This document shows positions 11,733 to 23,532 of a stretch of 33,887 nt of DNA, in pieces. This DNA is from Octopus bimaculoides (Eukaryota), in the NCBI RefSeq assembly GCF_001194135.2, contig NC_068984.1, positions 113,873,563 through 113,907,449 on the forward strand, read 5' to 3'. The position numbers and the translations under genes were made by a program. The notes beneath the pieces were generated by a model. It ran no database searches and was not told the DNA's origin. It saw nothing but the letters and a program-made list of their open reading frames with translations. The stretch's first letter is position 1. Each line of letters opens with the position of its first letter.

Positions 11733-12601
11733 GATTTGAAATAGAAATTCCTTGGTACAGTAATATGTATTTTTAAATGTGTGTGTGTCTCATGCGTCGC
11801 ACATACATAGTGTATGTGTTTTGTTTATATGTCAATTTGCTACAGATTAGTGTCCCGGGAAATCTCCCTACACAATGTTCTTTAACACTCGGTGTCATGT
11901 GGCGAGCTTTTTTTGGACGCTAATCCAAAGCAAACTGGCGTGTAAACAAAACACATACACAATTTATGTGCAACCGATAACGTTTACAATACAAGAACAA
12001 CTTATTTCGAAATATGTAAGTGTGCATGTATATATATATGTATAAGCGTGTGTGTTTGTGTGTGAGTGATAATATATGCGTGTACTTATGGTTATGTGCA
12101 GGGGTATATTTAAACATGCAAACGTATGAATATACGAATGCATATAAATGAATGTTTATGAATACGTACATGTCTATACGTACATGCTCAAGTGAATGTA
12201 TGAACATTTTAATATTTTCTCAATTGCATAAATCTTCATGTAATGTCCATTGCCATTGAATACTGGAATCAGAGAACTACGTTTGTAATATCGGTAAATA
12301 AAGGGGTTATTGTTTTCATTTGCTCTAATCTTGGTTTTAATTTTTCGTTCTTTTCTTTCCTCCTCCCTGGGGAACATAGAAACAAGCATTATTAGTGAAA
12401 AATATATTGTTTCTGTCAATCAATTATAAACGCTTCAGTAGTCAGACGAGTCTAAATTATTCATAAGACGGTGATTCTCACTAACATTCTTCTTAGAAAA
12501 CGATCAGGCATACCTGTATGATGTGTGGTTTGGTGTGTGGCACTTTTAGATGTAGTGTAGCAAGGTTTTGTGCAGGCTTTGATTAGGTTTTGTATGGTTT
12601 G

Positions 12602-12760
12602 GTGTGCAGTGTTGTTATTAAAATGCTCAGTTCGCTACTAGATGGTTCTGTGTTCGGTCCCATTGCATATGTTCGTAAGGTGTCTTCTATTATAGCATCA
12701 GGTTTCCCTATGTCTTGGAAATGGAATTTAGTAATCGCAAACTGTATGGAATCCGGATGC
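12602..12760 (+). mobile_element. highly diverged SINE family 1-like 5' half
   Basis: gatggttctgtgttcggtcccattgc...gtgtcttctattatagc...gcaaactg resembles the family-1 head/core. Confidence 0.55.
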
Positions 12761-12786
12761 AAGTATATACGTATACAGACACACTC

Positions 12787-12836
<50 letters not shown>

Positions 12837-13564
12837 TTATTAATATTTCTAAGTCTCTCTAAAGGAGACTACGGCAGCGGTACTGGAAATTAATAGTTAT
12901 CGCCAAGCCAACATGGCAGTCCCAAAATTAGGACGAAAGCTGCCGTGAATTAGCTCCAAGAAGCCATCGCCTCTAGCTAGCTGTGTGACACACGAAACCT
13001 GTGTCCTTTATAACCTTCGAACATATATATATAATTATATACATATAATTTAGATTCAGGTGAATATGGTACTTAAGTTTAGGCACCAGAATTTAGTATG
13101 GNNNNNNNNNNNNNNNNNNNNNNNNNNNNNNNNNNNNNNNNNNNNNNNNNNNNNNNNNNNNNNNNNNNNNNNNNNNNNNNNNNNNNNNNNNNNNNNNNNN
13201 NNNNNNNNNNNNNNNNNNNNNNNNNNNNNNNNNNNNNNNNNNNNNNNNNNNNNNNNNNNNNNNNNNNNNNNNNNNNNNNNNNNNNNNNNNNNNNNNNNNN
13301 NNNNNNNNNNNNNNNNNNNNNNNNNNNNNNNNNNNNNNNNNNNNNNNNNNNNNNNNNNNNNNNNNNNNNNNNNNNNNNNNNNNNNNNNNNNNNNNNNNNN
13401 NNNNNNNNNNNNNNNNNNNNNNNNNNNNNNNNNNNNNNNNNNNNNNNNNNNNNNNNNGAACAGTGTCCCATGGAGAGCAGCTCACACTCCACACACACAC
13501 ACACACCACCACCACCACCACCATTGATGATACAACATGATAATAGAATGAGTGTAACACTTAC

Positions 13565-13621
13565 CTTCTAGAGCACACCACACTCAACTAGAACGAAGGC
13601 GAGGCAAGTGTTTCTATAAGC
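13565..13621 (-). other. candidate 57-nt spliced exon (non-coding or UTR)
   Basis: Minus strand reads tctgttttatgttttccag|G ... AAG|gtaagt, i.e. consensus acceptor and donor. All three frames contain a TAG. Confidence 0.55.
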
Positions 13622-13689
13622 CTGGAAAACATAAAACAGACACTCAGAGCATATATATATGTACGCGTGTATGTGTGTGTGTGTGTGTA

Positions 13690-13830
13690 ACGTGCTTCTT
13701 TCTGTTTCCATCCACTCACAAGGTTTTGGTCAGTCCTGAGTTATAGAAGAAGCCTTTTGCCTAAGGTGCTACGCAGTAGGATTGAACCCGGAACCATGTG
13801 GTTGGGAGTCAAGCTTCTTACCACACAGCC
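13690..13830 (-). mobile_element. SINE family 1, 5' half
   Basis: Reverse complement: ggctgtgtggtaagaagcttgactcccaaccacatggttccgggttcaatcc...gaccaaaaccttgtgagtgga. Confidence 0.85.
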
Positions 13831-15285
13831 GATGTTTATATATATATATATACTATTTTATACTATATTATACTATACTATACTGTACTATACATACGTT
13901 ATACCTCTATATTTTGCAAATACTAATATGCATCGTAAAAAAAGGGGAGCAATTGGCCGAATCGTTAGTACGCCGAGTGAAATACTTATGATGGTAGCTA
14001 GCAGTAATAGTCGTGGTATACTATGCGTGAAATTAATTTGATCATAGTTTAATATGATCGAGGCTAACCTAGAGCTAAATGACTACATTTGACGAGTTGG
14101 CGGCAATAAAGGTAGATAAGCGCTATGAGACCACTCACCTCGGTAGAAATAGCAACCAAACCTCTCTCAAATTACAGACCGTGACGGCTTGAGAAATACA
14201 GAAAGAGTACATTGGATAATGTACTCCTGGGTATTATATGTCTGGGATCTACATAGTAGAACAGCTGGATTGTAACACCTTTGACGTACGATCTACTTCA
14301 TCAGGGCTGATCTAGGAAATCCAACAATAGTAACAACAAAGAAAATATCTTCTCTACGATTGTTTTAAGTAAAACAATAAATACAACTTTGATTTTAAGT
14401 AGAAAAACCATAAAAAAAATCAAAACACTAATAAAAACTAATAAAATTGAACCTATTGAGACAAAAACAATATCAAATAGAAAGAAGTACAATAAAACAA
14501 TATCAAAGTGGTAATTACTTATTCTATTCTGAAAAACAATGGAATTTTTCCAACAACGTAAATTTTTGTAGACAAAAGCTGCCATTTTCTCATCGTTACA
14601 CATACACACGCTCATAAATACACACACACACATACACACTTGTATGTGTAAATATAGGTGTCTGTGTATGTGTGTAAATATAGGTGTGTGTGTATGTATG
14701 TGTGTGAACATATGTGTTTTTGTATGTATTTATGTATGTGTGTATGTGTGTAGACGTATACGTACACATGACTATGTGCGTTTGTGTTTATGTACGTATN
14801 NNNNNNNNNNNNNNNNNNNNNNNNNNNNNNNNNNNNNNNNNNNNNNNNNNNNNNNNNNNNNNNNNNNNNNNNNNNNNNNNNNNNNNNNNNNNNNNNNNNN
14901 NNNNNNNNNNNNNNNNNNNNNNNNNNNNNNNNNNNNNNNNNNNNNNNNNNNNNNNNNNNNNNNNNNNNNNNNNNNNNNNNNNNNNNNNNNNNNNNNNNNN
15001 NNNNNNNNNNNNNNNNNNNNNNNNNNNNNNNNNNNNNNNNNNNNNNNNNNNNNNNNNNNNNNNNNNNNNNNNNNNNNNNNNNNNNNNNNNNNNNNNNNNN
15101 NNNNNNNNNNNNNNNNNNNNNNNNNNNNNNNNNNNNNNNNNNNNNNNNNNNNNNNNNNNNNNNNNNNNNNNNNNNNNNNNNNNNNNNNNNNNNNNNNNNN
15201 NNNNNNNNNNNNNNNNNNNNNNNNNNNNNNNNNNNNNNATAAATGCAATATCTGTACATCACTTCAAAAACTCTCTCTATCTCTA

Positions 15286-15351
<66 letters not shown>

Positions 15352-15352
15352 G

Positions 15353-15385
<33 letters not shown>

Positions 15386-16189
15386 GTATATGTTGAAAAA
15401 TTCTTTATCCGAAATTCCTGCGAATTTCAAATTTTTATATTTGCATCTATAAAATGGGACAGCTTGGTGGTGGGACCCAAGTCTAAACACAATATCCATT
15501 TACATTTCATAATATTGTTTGTACATGTATCGTGAATATAATTTTATATACATTTTTTAATAATTTGTTATACTTCTTACCATCAAAAATGTAATATATC
15601 AGTCTTCACTTACGATGTCATGTTTTGATTAAAGTTATAGTACAAATCTCATTCGAAAACTTCGTTATTCGTTCTATATGATGTTTTCTTATCTTTCGTA
15701 CATCACTTTCAGCATAGAACTGTTACAGTTTCCCTGTCTGTTTTTTCAGGTCGTGAATAGTTGTTCTAATTCTTAACTACTCAGTTGGCTACTTCACTCT
15801 TACACCACTGTCAATTTTTTCAACAAGTTAACTTTCTGTGTTATAGATAAACATAAAGGTTTTATCTTCTCTTTTCATTATTACCCATAGGGTTACGTGC
15901 AGGTCTCTTTTCAGACAGTTTCCACAGTATCTTCAAACCACAGAGCACAATACAAGCAGTAGTCACAATGGGTAACGAGCGAGGGTGTTACAGTGACGAT
16001 TGAAGCGGTCAGCTCATTTGAGATGAGAAATACCCACCCAGGATAGGTGAGGTCACGTCTCATAACGGTACGCAAAAGCTGTATGCGGTGGAACTTTCCC
16101 AGTACTTTGTGGAATTTTCCGTTCGTGGCGTGTCATGTCAGCATTCAAAAAATCTTGATACTAGTATTTTATTTTATGGACTATGGTGA

Positions 16190-16256
16190 GATGAAAGGTA
16201 AAGTTGGCCTCGGCTGGATTTGCAGGTAGAGCGTAAAGAGCCGGAAAAGACGGGCA
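16190..16256 (-). mobile_element. SINE family 2 fragment
   Basis: gatgaaaggtaaagttggcctcggctggattt...gcgtaaag aligns with 16992-17040. Confidence 0.6.
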
Positions 16257-16476
16257 TTATAATACTAAGTGTAAGTCGTAAGTAAATAATACCGTATGTG
16301 TATCGGATGAAATGTTCTATTGTCGGGTCAACTGTAAAGGACTAAGATTGCATGACGCAACATGAAAGATTCCATATCAAAATTAAGCAAATTAACAGAT
16401 TTTATGAAAAATTAAGAAGTGATTTGTGATCAAGGAAATACCGATTTGAATTTACTTTTTCTCACCAATTGTAGCA

Positions 16477-16660
16477 AAGGCAGCGAGGTAGCAGAATCAT
16501 TTACATTCTGAGTTCACATTCCACCGAGGTCGACTTTGCTTTTCATCCTTTCGGTGGCGGTGGGGCGGGTCTATAAAATAAGTACCAGCTGAAAACTGGG
16601 TCGATGTAATAGAATAGCCCGCACCCCCGAAGTTTCTGGCCTTGTGCCAAATTTTGAAAT
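16477..16660 (+). mobile_element. tRNA-derived SINE, family 2 (internally deleted)
   Basis: Head aaggcagcgag..gcagaatc, B-box-like gagttcacattcc, central ctttgcttttcatcctttcgg..ataaaataagtaccag, tail ggccttgtgccaaattttgaaa. Confidence 0.85.
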
Positions 16661-16679
16661 CTATATTGTAGTGAACATT

Positions 16680-16874
16680 AAAGGCAGCGAGAACTGGTAG
16701 AACTGTTACCGTACCGGACAAAATGCTTAGCGGCATTTCTTCCCACTTTACATTCTCAGTTCAAATGCCGCCGAGATCTGCTTTGCCTTCCATCCCTTTG
16801 GGGCCGATAAAATAAGTATCAGTTGAGCACAGGGGTCACACGAAATTGCTGGCATTGTGCCAAAATTTGAAACC
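16680..16874 (+). mobile_element. SINE family 2
   Basis: Same head, core and tail as the preceding copy, arranged head-to-tail with it. Confidence 0.85.
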
Positions 16875-16893
16875 AGTATTGTAACAAATATTA

Positions 16894-17070
16894 TTTTCTA
16901 CTCTAGGCACAAGGTCCGAAATTTTAGTGGAGGAGGGCCAAATGATTAGATCGACTCTAGTGCGCAACTGGTACTTTATCGACCCCGAAAGGATGAAAAG
17001 CAAAGTCGACCTCAGCGGAATTTGAACTCAGAACGTAAAGTCAGACGAAATACCGCTAAGCATTTCGCCC
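16894..17070 (-). mobile_element. SINE family 2 (5'-truncated)
   Basis: Reverse complement: cgggcgaaatgcttagcggtatttcgtctg...gagttcaaattccgctgaggtcgactttgc...ccttgtgcctagagtagaaaa. Confidence 0.9.
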
Positions 17071-17209
17071 GAGTTCAAATTCCGCCGAGGTAGACTTTAC
17101 CTTTCATACTTGTGAGGTCGATAAATTAAGTTCCAGTTGCGTACTGGGGTTGATCTAATCAACTGGTCTCCTCCCCAAAAATTTTGGGCCTTGTGCCTAG
17201 AAAAGAAAA
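17071..17209 (+). mobile_element. SINE family 2 (5'-truncated at the B box)
   Basis: gagttcaaattccgccgaggtagactttacc...ccttgtgcctagaaaagaaaa. Confidence 0.9.
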
Positions 17210-18848
17210 TTGAAACTTGTGGCTTTGTTAAAGGATTTCTAAGGATGATTTAGTTTCTAAATTTTGGTCACTTGTTATGAACAAAATTTTTTTAAATATA
17301 GAATTTTATAATTTTACATCAAATTATATATGTTGTAAAATTTTATAATATTGATCTGCTTTTGAATTATATATAATTTTTTTAGAAAGATTCACTCATT
17401 AACTGCCCTAGATTTTGAAGATCTCCCTCAAACAATACTGATTATTCATGTGTCACATTCAGTAGATCTGTATGCCATTTACATAACTGATAACTGTGAT
17501 TTTTGTTCTGGTTGTCACGTGTCCAGCTATCACAAAGAGTTTGCTCTGACAGACTTACGATCATTTCAAGAGATATATTTTGCATATAAATTGATTTCGT
17601 TCCGATTTAAAAACCTAGCAATTTTTTTAAATTCACAAAGTCCAGAATTTCTATTACTATACACAGACTCTCTACAAAGAAAGTGATACATACAAAGAAA
17701 TGGTCAAAAAAAGTTAGCTATAGTATTATAGCTGTACACTTTATTGAAACAGGCGGTTACTTTTAACAGATACAACAATGTAATTATATTCAAATATGGT
17801 GAAATTTATAACAGTAGAAAATTGAAGAATTTAATCCAGCAGAGAAATTTGAAAAAAATTATTATGCCTTATTTGCATATTCAAGATTCGAATGCTTAAT
17901 TAGCTTCTTTACATATTTAATGTAATGTTGTATTGGACGTTCTTCTAAAATATGCAGCTGAAGAACAAGTAAGCGTATACCAAGTTTAATCAACGTGCTA
18001 CTTACTGAACTCAAAATATTTCAAATATGCACGTTAATTAGCTTCACTTATTCGTTTTCGATCATCTCTACATTCACAGATGAAGTTTTTTGCTGAAAGC
18101 TGCATTTTTCTAGAGTATCTTCTCCAAATACGCAATAAATTAAACAAATGGTTTCTTTATAAACTAAAGAACTCATGCAAATGTGTTACCTTCTAATAAA
18201 TTTATGTACCAAGATTTTAAAATACAGTAGCTTGATATCTCAGAAAGACGAAAACCTCTCTTTTTAGTGAAATTACATTTATGGCAGGTTTTGCTCATGT
18301 TGGAAGAAATTCAAACTGTTGTAATACCCAGAATGCGTTGCCTTATACAGACTATGACAGTTTAACTTCTTAAAATTTGCACGGCTATTGGTGTGGTGTT
18401 AATAAAGTTAGGTAGGTGATAAAGGTGCCACCATGTAACTAATGTTTCATCGTTTTATAGTATCTTTTAATTACGCCATGATTTGAACCGGAGCACACCA
18501 CGCTTTTCCTGTTGAAACCTCTAGGAGGTTTACTTTTTACTTGCTCCAGTATAAATATTTACTTTTATCAAATGAAATTTCTTGCAAAAATATTTAAAAT
18601 CCAACTAGATTTGTGTGCAGCTCATGTATTTGAATTTGTCGTGTACAATACATACCTATGTTAGCATAGCAGTTACATTAGCACTAATTAATAAAAGCCA
18701 GCTCGTTGAGGTTTGAAATAGATTTTAATTGATTGAACAAACAGCAGACGATAGCTCCGAGGAGAAACATTTTAAGTAACCGTTGTGTGATAATAGACTT
18801 CAACAAACATGTATTAACTGTACTTCAATAGTTAATTCTGTTTAGAAT

Positions 18849-18882
18849 TCTCTCTCCCTCTTTCTCCCTCTCTCTCTCTCTT

Positions 18883-18919
<37 letters not shown>

Positions 18920-18920
18920 T

Positions 18921-18996
<76 letters not shown>
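18849..18996. repeat. (CT)n microsatellite
   Basis: About 148-bp TC run with few interruptions. Confidence 0.97.
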
Positions 18997-18999
<3 letters not shown>

Positions 19000-19102
19000 G
19001 ACAATTTGTTCGTATATCATTATAATGCGTGTGCTATATACAAATATATATTTCATGTGTATATGTGTGTGTGTTTGTAGATACGAATGTATGTGTTTCA
19101 AG

Positions 19103-19111
19103 ATAATAATG

Positions 19112-19159
<48 letters not shown>

Positions 19160-19177
19160 GCAGCAGAAGCAGCAGCG

Positions 19178-19236
<59 letters not shown>
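19103..19236. repeat. compound trinucleotide microsatellite (ATA)n-(GCA)n-(GTA)n
   Basis: Three consecutive triplet runs; this is the source of the poly-I/A/V ORF 19025-19330. Confidence 0.95.
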
Positions 19237-19238
<2 letters not shown>

Positions 19239-19744
19239 AATGCTTACAGATGCTTATGGGTCATGAATATTTGTTACTGGTGTTAATCAATGTTTCTGGT
19301 CAGAAACGTCTTCCTTACACATCGCCGTAGTTCACCATGCTGAGCTGTTATTAATACACGCCGCAGGAATTATTTAAGGATAATACCCATGATAATCTGA
19401 CATTGTATGTAGAGGAGTGATCAGTGCTAAGCGTCGACTCTCTGGAAGGGTGAGAGTTTCAACGCTCCGAAGCAATTTACTTAAATATGTACTTAGATAT
19501 TATTTAAATGTTGGTCTCTGTGTGATAAGAGGCGATCTTTATGAATATTTAGCGACAGTTTTCATTAAAAAAATTATATGAAAGAAAAATTAATAGAATA
19601 ACTTTAATTAAATAAATGCATAAAGGTAGTGAACTTTATATTTTTCATTTCACGAATGAAAAAAATAACAAAATGATGATTCTTGGTAGTTCGGTATTTT
19701 TAGATGAGATCCTGTGAAAATAAATATTATTATATTTTGGTTAA

Positions 19745-20103
19745 AGCATCCAAGACACAAATTAAACAGACGCATTGATTAGGTATTGTCTTCAGTCGTG
19801 TTGGTTTGTTTATCTCAAGAGCCGCTGGATGAATTCAGATGAAACTTTCAGGGATGCTTAACCTCATGAATAGCACGAACTGATTAGATTTTGGGATCGA
19901 TCCGGTATTGGACAAGGATTCTAAATTATTTTTCCTGTTTTCTTTAATTTTTGAGAGCGGTCGGGTTCGTTTTTAGTATTCTCGTTTGTGAGAGCAGTTA
20001 AGTTTATTTCAGATATTCTCATTTTAAAAATCATCTCTGACTTATCGTTGAGAGGACGTTGGTGTTGCCCTGGTGGGTGCTTGAGCTCTTTGAGTGCTCT
20101 TGT
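19745..20103 (+). mobile_element. HINE/DINE-1-like non-autonomous Helentron-type element (degenerate)
   Basis: gtttgtttat..caagagccgctggatgaatt..aaactttca..attagattttgggatcgatccgg, plus a 3' ccctggtgggtg followed by hairpin gagctc-ttt-gagtgc and a T-rich end. Layout recalled from HINE elements; the 5' subTIR is not clearly recognisable. Confidence 0.45.
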
Positions 20104-20126
20104 TTTTATTATTGCTTTCATTCCAA

Positions 20127-20334
20127 AAAGCGGTGAGCTGGCAGAATTGATAGCATGTCAGACAAAGTACTTAGCGGCATTTCTTCTGTCTTTACCTTCT
20201 AGGTTCAAATACTTTTGAGATCAACTTTGCTTTCATTCTTTCGGAGTCGATAAAATAAGTACCACAGGAGTCGATGTAATTGACTAGCCTGTTCCTCCAA
20301 TGTTTCAAGCACTTGAGCCAATGGTAGAAAGAAT
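20127..20334 (+). mobile_element. SINE family 2
   Basis: aagcggtgagctggcagaatt...ttagcggcatttc...ggttcaaat...ctttcggagtcgataaaataagtacc...gtagaaagaat. Confidence 0.85.
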
Positions 20335-21013
20335 TACTATTTTCATTCTAGTCGATTTCTTTTTATTGCCTATTTTCATTTCGTAAATGAACGCAGCTCC
20401 GAGACGAAGTATTGTGTTTTGTTTTATGTTAGTCAATTGTAATGTTATTACTACCCTCCGTAATATCTGTGCATTACCCAATAGTGCTATTTTTTATATG
20501 CTGTGTGGGTGTGTTTTCGTTATATATATCTATCTACATCTCTCAATCATTTTCAAGTCTATCGGTACGGAGGTTAGTTCTATTTGAAATCCCCAAACTC
20601 AAGTGATTATTTTCAGGTCTTTATATAAGCAGACAGTATTCCCATTTCTTTCATAAATAAATTCTCGATCGTCGAAATCAATGCATTGTGTGAGCGAGAT
20701 TTTCATGTGGTATTTAACAATAATATCTAGATGTTTTCCTTTAATTTCTGTGCAAAAATACATTCACATTTTCACTTTCAGACACTTTTTCTGACTGATG
20801 TTTTATTCTTTGTTTGTAGATACTCTTTAGCGATGACATAGTTTACAGTGCATGAAACCTCTATATCGAATTTCCTGTACTGTTCTTCAGTCAACTCTGA
20901 TATCACGACGGATGTGAATGCACACACACAGCATATAGTAACTAGCGCTATTTCATTAAATAAACCAGTCAAATAAAATTGTGAATTACTACAACCCTAA
21001 TGAACCACACACA

Positions 21014-21077
<64 letters not shown>

Positions 21078-22440
21078 NNNNNNNNNNNNNNNNNNNNNNN
21101 NNNNNNNNNNNNNNNNNNNNNNNNNNNNNNNNNNNNNNNNNNNNNNNNNNNNNNNNNNNNNNNNNNNNNNNNNNNNNNNNNNNNNNNNNNNNNNNNNNNN
21201 NNNNNNNNNNNNNNNNNNNNNNNNNNNNNNNNNNNNNNNNNNNNNNNNNNNNNNNNNNNNNNNNNNNNNNNNNNNNNNNNNNNNNNNNNNNNNNNNNNNN
21301 NNNNNNNNNNNNNNNNNNNNNNNNNNNNNNNNNNNNNNNNNNNNNNNNNNNNNNNNNNNNNNNNNNNNNNNNNNNNNNNNNNNNNNNNNNNNNNNNNNNN
21401 NNNNNNNNNNNNNNNNNNNNNNNNNNNNNNNNNNNNNNNNNNNNNNNNNNNNNNNNNNNNNNNNNNNNNNNNNNNNNNNNNNNNNNNNNNNNNNNNNNNN
21501 NNNNNNNNNNNNNNNNNNNNNNNNNNNNNNNNNNATATACGCGTATGTACATGCATATATTTAGGCATCTATCTATACATACATATATACATATGTATAC
21601 ATATATACATACACCAACCAACATGTAAACTCATGCACTTATATACACACCTTGCATGTATAGGTATATATACATATCCACATACATACACATAGATAAG
21701 TAAGTAAACCTACCCACTTTGACTTGCACATGTATATAGTGAAGCACGTGTGTATATACACACTCTTACTCACATATATATATATATACTCACATATATA
21801 TAAATATATGTGCTATTTTCCTTAGTCATTGCAAGTGATCGCCATAAGCTTTAAGCTTATATAAAAATACCATTAATATATATATATATATATTATCGTC
21901 GGCAGAATCATGTCATTTTTAGATATTTTACTATTCTGTGAACTAGAATATATCCATAGATTTTCTTCAATCAACTCTGTAAGTTATGATGCATGTAAAC
22001 AACACATCTATGTAAATAAAATTATCGTGAACAGAATCATGCTATGTTTCAGTCCTGTGTTGGAACTACATCAGCAACCATGCACTCTTTTTCACTGTCC
22101 ACGAAAACAATCAATATATCCACTACTTTTAAAAACGTAAGCAAAATAACTAGCTGGCCAGATCGTTAGCACGCCGGCTTAAAAACTGGATACACAAGTC
22201 TTTCTGTTTAAAGCTTTCTAGCTAGCAAGTTCGAATATTATATCATCGGCATGTTAACAATTTTTTTCAAGTATTGTAGAATAGAATGTTTAGATTTTTA
22301 AATCGTATCTATGAGTTACAATGGATGTATATTACACTTTTGTATACATACATGCATACATATATAACATTAATACTGATAAGGAGAATGGAGATTTTTC
22401 ACATACATAATTTATTTAGAAGTTATTTACAGCATGTGTG

Positions 22441-22475
<35 letters not shown>

Positions 22476-22679
22476 GTCGTCTAAGAGTCTATATGTTAGG
22501 AAAATATGCGCTCATATATCTGTCAATAGAGTGGGTATATTACCCGACATTTACAGTATTATATATCCATTATGGCCGATCTTACCAATCAGTTTTCCGC
22601 CAGGGATTCAACGGAGTGTTAGGTAACAATCCGATTATGTAACCCTGCGTAGGGTTACATAATGCTGTACATTTTGGAT

Positions 22680-22740
<61 letters not shown>

Positions 22741-23483
22741 NNNNNNNNNNNNNNNNNNNNNNNNNNNNNNNNNNNNNNNNNNNNNNNNNNNNNNNNNNNN
22801 NNNNNNNNNNNNNNNNNNNNNNNNNNNNNNNNNNNNNNNNNNNNNNNNNNNNNNNNNNNNNNNNNNNNNNNNNNNNNNNNNNNNNNNNNNNNNNNNNNNN
22901 NNNNNNNNNNNNNNNNNNNNNNNNNNNNNNNNNNNNNNNNNNNNNNNNNNNNNNNNNNNNNNNNNNNNNNNNNNNNNNNNNNNNNNNNNNNNNNNNNNNN
23001 NNNNNNNNNNNNNNNNNNNNNNNNNNNNNNNNNNNNNNNNNNNNNNNNNNNNNNNNNNNNNNNNNNNNNNNNNNNNNNNNNNNNNNNNNNNNNNNNNNNN
23101 NNNNNNNNNNNNNNNNNNNNNNNNNNNNNNNNNNNNNNNNNNNNNNNNNNNNNNNNNNNNNNNNNNNNNNNNNNNNNNNNNNNNNNNNNNNNNNNNNNNN
23201 NNNNNNNNNNNNNNNNNNNNNNNNNNNNNNNNNATATATATGTATATATTATATGTGTCTATATATGTATATATATGTATATATATATGTATATATATAT
23301 GTGTGCGTGTGTGTGTGTGTAGGTTATGAGAGGTAATGGTGTGAAGAAGACCCAAAGGTGTCAGGTAATGCTGAGTAAGTGCTATGGACAGACTATAGTT
23401 AAGCTCCAGGTTCGGTGATTATGCGAATGAGGAATCCAACGTAGGTCATATATCGGCATGTGCTTATATGTGTGCGTGTGTGT

Positions 23484-23532
<49 letters not shown>

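Noticed and set aside
14301-14711. Hydrophobic 136-aa minus ORF resembling a membrane protein
   Set aside because: It is the reverse complement of an A-rich (aaacaata-like) low-complexity tract plus (CA)n; the F/L/I/V bias is compositional.
15891-16046. Plus-strand exon candidate (cccatag|G ... ATAG|gtgagg)
   Set aside because: There are stops in all frames, the signals are weaker than at 13565-13621, and there is no supporting neighbour.
20778-20972. 64-aa minus ORF with a signal-peptide-like N-terminus
   Set aside because: It starts at TTG rather than ATG, the hydrophobic stretch overlaps a short (CA)n, and there are no convincing splice sites or homology.
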